From Spongospora subterranea f. sp. subterranea (lineage: Eukaryota), in contig JAUGWO010000113.1 in NCBI GenBank assembly GCA_049724395.1, forward strand, positions 62,001 through 126,000: a stretch of DNA of 64,000 bases, given 5' to 3'. The notes beneath the pieces are model-generated. The model was given only the letters and a program-made list of their open reading frames with translations. It had not been told where the DNA came from and made no database searches. The position numbers and the translations under genes are program-made. Numbering within the stretch: position 1 is the first letter of the stretch; each line of letters starts with the position of its first letter. This document shows positions 53,301 through 64,000 of the stretch, in pieces.

Positions 53301-56300
53301 TTTCTTTATCAAGAGGAGGCGTTTCTTCATCTTCCGGATCTTCATCGTCTCTTTCAGGCTCCTAAATTGCGTTCAGTTCAAATGACGCGGATGACAATGC
53401 GTGCACTACCTCGTCACGGTTAACATCATGCATCGTTCCATCGAAGTCGTTTTCCATTTCCATACCATCTTCATCCCGATCGACATTTTCAGGCTTCTGC
53501 AAAACAAACCCTTGATTTACGTTCCAAGAAGACGCAGAAATAAACTTTACCTCGTCATTGTCTGGTCCCTCCTGTTTATCTTGTTTGAGTCCTAGAATTT
53601 GTTCTTCGTCCTCTAACTCATTAGAAACATCTTTTGCACCAGTTCCTTCCCCCATGCCAGTACCATCAGCAGCCTCTTCGTCACATTCATTGTCTTCCGC
53701 GTCACTGAAAAAAAATCAGTTATTTTGATTGAGATGAGAAATAGGAGGGCTTCACCGTGCCGCAGGTTTACAAAAACCAACTCGGAACAGCGAGTTTAGA
53801 ACAGTTCCAGTCGTGCGAGCAAGACCAATTAGTGCAAAATAGAAACAGTTGACGCTGAATCGCAACATTTTCATGGCTTTGAGAAGAACAGATAATTGGT
53901 CACGAACTGCGCAAGTATCGTCCCATGCCATCAATCGTAAACAATCTATCAGACGGTCCGAGTTGAATGCGGAGCACATATTCAAATAGAGATGATGATG
54001 TTCAATTAACGATTCTGGATGGACCTCATTGGACCCTGCACTGCGAACTCGCTGTACAAGCAATTTTACTTGCTCAGTGACACATTCTGCAGAAATAGAA
54101 TAATCCGTCATGGGCAGCATCTCAGGTTTGCTCAAAAACAGCTTGATGTCATCCCGAAGACGCATGAAAGATGAAGCAAATGGTAGCTTGGGAAGTAGTT
54201 CAGAGATCCTAGTAAGTGTTGATATGCTTGAATCCGCCACCGCGATCACAGAATGGGTGGGCCTCATCGCAACACCCATTACAGCAAACTGCTCGAAGAC
54301 CGAAGTAAGCTGCGAGAGAATGGGATCAATTTCGGACACCAACAGCGAGCATGAAGCATGTGATTCATGCGCTGAAAATCGCATGAGAGTCCAGACTTGC
54401 CCAAATATACAATTCGCATACCAGAAACAGATTCCTCCCCTGTCAACGACGAGCCCAATGATGAATAACACGAAGATGCCCTTTTCAAAGCCGTGACCGA
54501 TTCGGCTAATAAACAACCAGCCTTTCTCAGATCAATAATAGAACGGTCTGCACATTGAAGCATGAGCTGCTAAATCGTCATGGGTCTCAAGAGCGAAACT
54601 ACCTATATTAGCCGCATCTGTAACTGCATTGGACCAGGCTTCCACCTGCATAATGATATGATCGACGTGAGATAGGCTCCGGCGCTCAGCAACAATAAGG
54701 GAAAAAATGTGCTCCTAAGTGCAAGGTCAACAATGTATCACCATAATCTGCTTCGCAATCTTACCTGAAGACCTAAGCAACGCTTTGCCTCGGTTGAACT
54801 CAAATCTCCACTGTGAGTGTGGATACCAGCTCGAAGTGAGCGCATTATTTCAACAACATCAAAAAATGACGATTCGCTGTTCCTCAGGCCCGCAGAATCA
54901 AGGACCATCGAAAGCGAGGTGGTATCTGATGGCAATGTGTTAGGATGGAAAGAAAGGGAATCAATGTAGCACCCCACCAATCCCAGGGCATGATTCTCGG
55001 GCTGCTATCGCATGGAAACTAAGACCATATCCCTTGAATATGTGCATAGCGTCTGTGAGTGCCTTTTTTTTTCGTAAAACCGGTGCGTTTTGAGATCTCA
55101 GTGATTCACAGCGATGTAAAATCGATTCCGATGTCGAGCGGACATCCTGACATAACTCCAGCGACGAAGGTAAAATAGGTTCCATTAGGGCGACCATTTT
55201 CAATGACACGTTATCCGAAATAATGAGCGAAGAAAATGAGGAGAGCGACTCTACCTCCGAGTCCTATGTAACTGTGAACAAAAAATTTCATAGCAACATG
55301 ATGTAATCTGCATACCGAAAAATGAGCGACAGTTATTGGTTTTTCAGGGCTGTCATATTGCTGATGATGTTTGGCAATAAGTTGACGCACCGGAGTACGA
55401 AGGACTTCGTCCCAAGACTGAACAAACCCTGTTAACTTGCGATGTGACCGTTCGCAAGATGCTTTCAGCGCATGCCAATTAGCCAAGTCCCAGCGAGCGA
55501 GTCTACAGAAACCCATCTTCAACTTCAAATTTACGAGCATATTAACATTAGTAACCTAGTCAAATCTTGAAGTTTCTTTTCAATTACTTTCCGCTCATTT
55601 TGGCACTGAGACACGCAAATCGAATGAAGAGGTGTATAGAAAACCACCAAGTTATTCAGGACGTGTTTATATCGATTATCCGCAATGAGCGAGAGGGAGG
55701 ACAAAATATGCAGTCGCACAGTAAATTCACCGAAGGTCGAAGTCTATCAGTGGAGTGAATAACGCGAATTGAAGAAGATATTCCAATTAGTCAAGTACCT
55801 GCACAAACTCATCTAGGGCAACGAAAAGGTCGTCTTGGCTAAGGTCGGAACGGCTATCATCGCTGATGAATAACTGCAGCAGGTGAGGCCATAATCGTAA
55901 AGCGCGAGCATGGGCCCCATGATCAATGGCTAGAATGGCGGTCAACAACAGAACAAGAATAATCCACAATTAGTTTACCTAGAAGAGCATATGGCCAAGC
56001 TTCAAGTTCCATTTTCCTCCATCGCGCTATCAAACCAGAAAGAGGTTTGATTTGTTCAGCCAATGAAACAAACTTTGCAGCATAAGATTCCCATTTTTCA
56101 GCCTGGTAAAAAAAAATGCAGAATTAGAGCCAAGTTCCGAAATGAACTGCATTAACAAATTACCTGTGCAAGAATTTGTTCAACGGCGGAAACGATGCGC
56201 ATGAGTGGTGAAGAAATTGGCATTGAAGCCAGGCGTGAACAAATTCGAGCTAGAGTAACGAGCGTTGGATGGCCACGGCATTCGTCAACACTAAGGACAA

Positions 56301-59300
56301 CTTGAACACGAGTGAGGAGGTCGCGAACAGATGTCTAGGAAATGTGAGTAATTTCGGAACATAAAATAAAAACGAGAGTTTTTACCTCTAAGTCTTGTAA
56401 TTCATCCAATGCAGGTTCGCGATATATGTCCCCAACGGATGAAGAAGGAGAGGACGTTGACGATGACAGATAAGATAATTGCCTGGCTAGTAGTTCAGCC
56501 GCTCCAAATGAGCACCTGGAGTCTTGCTCCAGATTAACATCTTATAAAAAGCTTAGCGATTACAAATAAACAGTAATCAAGAGATCCGAAAATACCAAAA
56601 GAGCTTTCGGGCGATAGTTGAAGGACTGATCGATGTACAGTTTTGGCAATGTCATTCTCCGACAAGCAAGACGACTGCAAAGGCGTCCCGCCAACGGCCG
56701 TTGTGAAAAGTGTATAAATCTGGGCTAAATCCTCATCCGAAAATTGTACTGAATTTGTAGTGCAATTTTCGGGACTGGTTAGCTGAGCCATTTTTAGAAA
56801 AAAATCAAACGATAACCTGTGCCACCAAGTACCTGATCATCACTGTTGTCTTCTGAAAACGGGTTAGAATCGCAGTCGTTAAGTAAATCAGAGAAGTCCT
56901 TGATAAAGCTAGGGAACATCGTTTGCTCAAGGTGTCGGCGTTGCTCCTCGCAGGATTCTGCCGCCATTCCACCCGATCCAGCTTTACTTTTGTAAAGTGA
57001 CCCTTGTGCCTCAGCCTCGTTTTGCTGCTTTAGGTGATGTGCTTTCCACACATAAGCAATGGTTCGCATAGTCCTGGATAAAGTCGAGCTTCGCTCTTGC
57101 TCCAGCAATGGAGCCGACAGTCGTGATAAAATTATCCTAGATATTCAGAATCAGACTCGAGGCGCATACAATGAAGTCGTTGACGAACTTGATTAGAGGT
57201 ACAGCAAGAATTTTCAGATATCGTGTTGTCTAAAATAGACAGCTGAGTTAAACGGAGGCACTCGGGACCATCCAAAGACAGTGCAGCCATAACGGCTGTA
57301 ATGCGATGATCGTGGACTGCTTGATATTTGGATGATATGTAATCCTGTAAGGAAACGATCATACGAAGAACTTCTAGCATAACCTACGAAATTAGAGTAA
57401 GATTACATCATCGTAAAACGGGGATAACCATTGATATTTACAGGAGAAACAATATCTTCGTAAGCGTAATAGATAGCATCATCGATGTTTTGTAGGAAAC
57501 ATTTGGCATTATCGATCCATTGTTGACATTCTTCAATAGGAGGATTCGATATCAGATTCAAAACACGACTAAGAGCAACAATTGAAAAGAAATAATTTTT
57601 GGAATTTAGAATCGAACCTTGACGATGCATGTGTGGAGACGAAAGCATGAATCAAATCGTACACGGTTTTGAATGAGCAGCTCCCAGGCCTTGATGTAAT
57701 GCTCGCATGAGAGCTACAGCGGCGGACGACGTTAACAACGTGGATTTCAACATTCACATGCAGCATAACTAACCGGAGATACTGTTCTTCAAGAGTTTGC
57801 TCTTGCTGTTTTAGTTGCGCATTAACATTGGCATACCCAGTGATAAGCTCAGAAGTAGCGGAACGAATGTCGATTTCATTGCGAATCTCCGCCAGCGAAG
57901 TTCCCAGATCATGGGCACGTGTTTTATGCTTCAAAACAGGATCCAGACATACGGCTGGGACCATTAGATGCAGCCTCAAACAAGACAAAAGGAACATCGG
58001 TGTAAAGCAAACATCGTTATGCAAAAGCTGCATTAACGGCGCTAGAAACCACGAAGTGACCTGAAACGATCGCTCAAACAAGTGACGAAAACAAAAAACA
58101 CCCCCAGATGAACGTACTTGATTGAGACGGTGATCGTTGAGCTGTAAGATATAACGATATAGCGTATCGAGGTCATCACTGATTTGCAGCTCAGGAAAAA
58201 ACTGCTGGAAAGTTTGATGAACAAGTGAGACAACTTCAGTATTATTCGAGCAGAGCCCAGTTTCAATTGTAAACAGTCCAGAGTTGCATCTCCAATGAAC
58301 GGAGAGCATCCGTTTTAGACTAGATATTATGAGCAATCGCCGGCGCAGAGCAGTCTTCGATAACTGAACAACAGAGTCAAATATGACGGATGTTGGCAGC
58401 CTCTGCTGATCAATGCGTGACATGAAATGGACTCTTTGTAGGCGATGAAGTAGATGAACCTATTAAAAAGGAACTCAGCATTTGATCAGACCATTGAAAA
58501 TTATTCTAACCGATAAGGACCCCGTCCAAGACAAGGTTTGCAGTGGTTCCAAGCTATGGCACGACCTTAAACTACCAATATGTTGACAGGCGATGCTAAG
58601 AGCAAATTCCGAAACACGCTGCAAATCATGGATTGGGACCGAGCCATCAAGGATTGCTCGTTCAACCGATTCGACGCATGAACGAGCTGACGAGACAAAG
58701 TCACACTTACGAATTTACGATAATCTACTGGGTGTTGTCTGACCTAGAGGAGCAGCAAATTCTCGAATCTCAAATTCACTTGGAATGTAAGAAATTTCGA
58801 TTACTTCGTCATACCCATCCCCTTCGTCGTGGTCCGCACCCGTTATCCTTATCGTGAACGCGTCTACCTTCGGAAGAATCTCCGACGATGAGGCTGCTCA
58901 ATATTTTCAGTGATGCGCTTCATCCAAGAGCAAAAAGCATACTTAATTGTTGCAGCACATTGATGGTGTTCTCGACATTGGTTAGCAGCTCATCATCTGT
59001 ATGATTATAGCATGTACTAAATGCCTCAGTTAAGGTGCGTCGTGGAACGTGGCCTAAAGCAAACAAATGAGCAACATGATGAACGAATAGTCACTTAAAA
59101 ATGCACGATACCAAGGGCATTCGAAGTCCTATCAAGTTTCAGCATAAGGGATCGCAACTTAGCAAGCTGGATCGTCGATGGAAGAACAGGATGTCCGGAA
59201 TGTTTCCACAGACGATTGGAAACTTTATGCCCAGAGCCTTGACAGCAGGACCCAGCTACATTGGTTTATAACAAAATGAGATGAGTGAACCTGGAGACGC

Positions 59301-62300
59301 AAACCTGTATTACCTAGCTTGTCAAGCAGGATATGAACATGGGATGCATCAGCAGACAGCGCTTTCTGTAAAGAACGAAGTCGAATATAAAGGGCAGCGA
59401 AATATTCATCAGATGAAGGAGCAGATATAGACAGCGAATCATGAAGACGGTCTCGAAGTCGCCAGCACTGAACTACGTTATCAGAGTATGGCGCTGATAA
59501 CAAAGTCTCGTCTATGCAGACGTTAGTTCAACGATTGAGGTAGGCATTGCAATTGGCATTACCGATGTGCTTAAGAGTCTGAGGTATCAACGAAATCGCT
59601 GGATGATCGTCGCCTAATAGAAATGATGGGAGAACTGATAAAGGACATTGAGCGCCCTTAGAAGCACAATTTCTGAAAAATCGTGTAGCAAGAAGCATGA
59701 CCTGAGACCCAAGCTCGCCGAACCGTGTCTTAGGATCGGCCATTAGGAACTGTGTTGATTCCGGAAGCTTCCGCCAATAAGCTAAAAATGCCTCCCAGAC
59801 TTCGTGGCGAGGCATTTCTTCCTGTATCAGGCTTCACCCAATGTCAATGATCACGAGGTTTAAAACAACGAATCGCAACTTACGCGTGGACCTCAGAGAC
59901 TTCGTGCTGAAGGCATTCGATATCAGCCAAAGTTGCAAACTCAAGGGCAACTACGAGCGACATGTTGTTGTTAATGTCCAAGTTCCGAGGAATCCAATGA
60001 GATGACCAGCACGATGTTAGGTCTGGATTTGAGAGCAAGAACTTATGCAATCCCAATATTCGGTTAACACGTCCTGCGACGATGTCGTTGCTGTGCATTA
60101 ATGGCAGACCTGGCCAGGCACCATGAACTGAACGATCCTGATCATTCAAAAGAACCTGAAGCCGAGATTGAGCGGATGCCACGACGTCATGTGGAACGGA
60201 ATATGCTTGCTTGAGAGCAGATACTAGCGCTGAAGCCGGTGCAATGCCACGCCTTGCTTGCTGAGACGCTAAATCAGCAAATTGAAGAAGCTGCTGAAGT
60301 CGGGCTTCACAAATATTCCCGTCAGCCAAGGAACTATGGGTTTCTAGACAAAATGCTGCCAAATGCGGATCCGTTATTCCAATATTGACCTAGTTTGACA
60401 CGTTAGGCTAGCACTTTGTTCATGATCGGTATGTCTTACAAGTATGTTGATGATGTCATCGTTCGTATACCGGTGGCGCCATCGTAAAGAAGGCGCAACA
60501 GGAGCATCTGGTACGAGAGAGATTTCGACACATCGATTTCTAATCGCGCGAGAAAGCATGCCTGAACAGAATGTGAGCGATACAGATACGGCAAAATAGA
60601 CGAAGTACCGTATTGCTCATTAGCTGTCATAAACAGGCGGAAGTCGACATGGGGAACGATCGAGCGAGCGGCACCGCTCTCGTTGACTAATATTGTTCCA
60701 TTCGGTTCTAATAATGAGTTGAGGCGATCCAATATAGATGAAGAGCATAGATTCGCGTTATCTAACAGAAGCCAATACCCGTTAACAACAGCAGATAAAA
60801 GCATTCCATCGACCCATTCGAATCGTCCAATGCAGCCTAAGAAACCTATTAGCCGAAATCAGCGAACACAGCACCACAAACGGACCATTTTCGAGCAATT
60901 GATTAAGCGCAGATATCTTCTCAAAAAGAGGTAAACCGAGCATTGAGTTCAAGCGGTGGAGCAAAGGGATCTCATCAATTGTGCAATCGGATTGCTGCCT
61001 CAACTCCACAGCACCCCAAAGATTTAGCGTTTCTGCAGTAATTTTTCCAGTGTAGCAAGACGATCGAATTTCATTCTCCAGGAGAGCGACAATTTCATTG
61101 CGATACCGTGAAACATTCACCTGAAATGCCCACATTGACCACGAATTATGAAAGCGCTCGACTACAGATACCTGCTCAAATGCGCCAAGAAGCTCAGTGG
61201 CATCCAGGGCCGTATTTATTGGCAGCTCCAAAAGCGTTTGCTTGTACAGTTGCGCCATATATCGAACAGCCGAAGTTTTGCCACTGAATGAAGGCCCAAC
61301 AAGAATTACAGGGTATTTGCGGTTAACACATTCCGTCATATGCATTATAGGAGCCGCCATTCCTTGCAGAAACAGTAAATCCCGGCCCGTCTGGATGCAA
61401 AAGAATAAGCAAAGACTAAGCGAAACCCGCCTGAATGCCGACCTTTGAGGAGAAATATGAAGTTGAAAGATGGCGTTGGGAATAAGGGGTACGATGATCC
61501 GCAATAGTAACAGACGATGGGGAAATGTGTATGCGTGGATGAGTAATGATCGTAGGAGTTCGCCCTTGAAAAGTTTCAGCAAAAAGATCAACGGCGTGTT
61601 GGCGATCTTCAGGAGTCCTCAACCGTTGCCGGTATGCAATGTCAAACCCAGATTCTGGTGCATTGCCAGAGGAGATGCACCACCTGCGAAGCGAACAATG
61701 AAATGACGATAACACCGTATGTGCTAATCCATTCCATACCTGAACACATCGCGAAGGTTGAACTCCCAGGGAGAACCTTTGCTGGCAAATCGGTTTTCTA
61801 CTAAAACCGCTTGATGAAGGCGCTGGTTGAATTCTAACATTTGCAAATCAGCCTCAGGGAACTGATTCATGATAATCGTTTCAAAATCGGATCGAGACAT
61901 GTCCTCGAGATGCACCTGTACCAAATTAGACCTTTTGATAGAGCTCAAATCCAAAAAAATACCTTGGTGAATCGGTTGAGAAAAGACGCCGGAAGAGATT
62001 TTCGGCCACCTCCCTCGTGAACTGGGTTTTGGCAAGCAAAAACACGAAACGATGGATGGCAAACAAACTCGCGAGACAGGTCGGGAATGTATATAGTTGC
62101 TCGATGATCCAAAACGGCATTTAAACCTTCCAGTACCTGTAGTTGCTGCTCTATTAATACCAAGTCACAACTTAAGCGAGACGACTACCGATTGAGACGC
62201 TAAATTTAGTTCATCAAGAAGGACCCAATACCCGTTGATGATCGCATCCAGGAACGGGCCATCACACCACTGAAACTGCCCAGGAGTATCAGCGACCGGG

Positions 62301-64000
62301 AAATCACTACCCAGTAAGTCCATCATATCCGTCTGCTCCGACAGATTGAGGCGAATAACGCGGTGAGACATTAACTTCCCTAATGAACTAATTAACGACG
62401 TTTTACCAACACCGGGTGAGCCTGAAAAATGAAAGATGTCAGATTGTTCAATATCATGAACCTTGAAGATATATACCTTCAAGCAAAATTGCCTTTGGCA
62501 ATTGTAAGCCGCGCAGAACACGAATGACATTACGGTTGGTTGTGGGAGTTGACATGTCGAAAGTGGGTTGACTACGGCCGGCTTCCACCGTGTCATCACC
62601 ACAACATGCCCAGAAAGGATCAACGCCAAATCGCTTATTCTCTAAACGTAACTCCTGATGGGTTCTTATGAAGCAATTATCCATGTCAACGTATTCAGAA
62701 ACACATATTTGATCGTCTTCACCAAGTACTTGGATTGCTAGGCGAAATACATTACGCTTGCGGTCGGCAGACAAACACCCCGACCCAAGACCAAGTCCAT
62801 CAATAAGGGTCAACAATGCAGCATGCAGGAAGGCCATAGCATTTGACATTTTGCATGACGTAACAGCATGAGACATAAAAGCGATGAAAGAACGTATATC
62901 GCGAAGGGATAACCGCTCACGGTTGCTGGTGCAGTGTTGTTCGTGATACGAATTAAATAAATGCATGAGACATCTTCCATATGGTTGTAATTGCGGAACT
63001 TGAATGGAGACGCTGATTATATGGGACAAATCATCAACGGAGTGATCACTGGGAACCCAAATCTCGGTAAAACGATTGCGCAAGGCAGGAGATAATTCCT
63101 AGTTACGATTAACAGCGATCAGCGAATACAGATATGAACCTAGAGCAAACCGCTAAAGAACCTTTTTGCCAAAATCCCCGCTTGGGTTCATTGTTGCCAG
63201 AATCCTGAAAGATTTTGCTGCAACAACAACCTCACCATCTCCGGCCTTTTCGGCCAGCAATATTGAACGCCCATGTTCTAGCACTGAGTTCAGTCTTTCG
63301 ACAACCGCCTAGATAAGAAATGAATCAGAACAGGCAGCCCAGTAAAATGAAGCCAAGTAACTAACATCGTCAGCGAGGGCAATCTCATCAATCAGAATCC
63401 AATGTCCCTGCCGCATTGCCGTGATGAGTGGTCCGTCAACCCATTCGAACAATGCATTCGCCTTGCGAACGGCGTCGCGCGCTTGCTCTGCCAGAGGTCC
63501 ATCAGGAATGCGGTCGATAATATCTGACGATATCGTGGCTGTTGTTGTCAGGGATAATCCGGCACTATGAAGTGCATGACGCGCGGCCTCAATCAACGCA
63601 GCTCTCCCTACACATTTATCGTCGTTACAAAACCCCGTCCGTCTGGTGGTCATGCATCAATGTAACGCTAATGTGTTACCTCTGACAGGGCGGAGTGACC
63701 CGATTATATCAGCTGTGTCGGTGTGTTGATGGACATTAATTATTTGAAGAGTTTGGTTCGATAGATCAGCGAGCGCCTTCGGGCAAACAATGTTTAGGGA
63801 ATATGAGGCACACGAGGAAATGTCAGGAACAGGTATCTAACCTGGCAAAGCGTTGTCTTGCCCAGGCCGGTATCTCCGACCAGTAATACGGGTTCCATCG
63901 CCTGGAGCGCGGCGTTGCTCAATGCCATGATACGCTTCATCATTGAGGTCATGGCTAATCCTGGCGCTGATTGGTAATTGGCGGGGAGATGGGCTTCGTA
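50392..64000 (-). CDS. MDN1: Midasin (Rea1/MDN1) AAA ATPase, 3' portion, many introns; 5' end outside window
   Basis: Tandem AAA modules (LLVGDTGLGKTT, FEWVDGPLITAM, LLEGSPGVGKTS, ILVGPSFSGKTS, WLLLDNANLC), long linker, D/E-rich region (GMGEGTGAKDVS), MIDAS domain (IAIDDSLSM...FPFPYYII...DALRQW). Confidence 0.97.

Noticed and set aside
50600..63700. Plus-strand ORFs overlapping midasin
   Set aside because: Antisense shadows of midasin exons with no independent motifs.

Overview
Eukaryotic nuclear DNA, moderate GC, with many short GT-AG introns. It looks like a protist, possibly a plasmodiophorid/rhizarian, but that is an impression and not established. Housekeeping genes alternate with heavily scrambled transposon graveyards. 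Genes recognised from motifs: 3' end of TFIIIC subunit GTF3C1, TORC2 subunit SIN1, a SAC3-domain protein, ribosomal protein uL1/RPL10A (two paralogous box C/D snoRNAs in its introns), OPA3, a multi-TM RGS protein, an SRPK kinase, two identical tRNA-Thr(UGU) genes, a PrsW-type membrane protease, adrenodoxin reductase, an unknown protein with a duplicated domain, and the 3' ~13.6 kb of midasin. Mobile or viral relics: several Ty3/Gypsy fragments, PIF/Harbinger elements, a CACTA-like remnant and a CRESS-DNA-virus-like Rep helicase fragment. The most striking unexplained signal is a high density of diverged inverted duplications (about a dozen in 45 kb). These include a fold-back of the viral Rep fragment and three G-U-rich hairpins followed by a 29-bp minisatellite, which suggests a dsRNA/small-RNA-producing locus, although assembly artefact is not excluded. 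Several conserved genes carry single-base indels in short G/C runs, most likely consensus errors. Alignments and identities were done by eye, and ends of intron-containing genes are approximate unless exons are stated.
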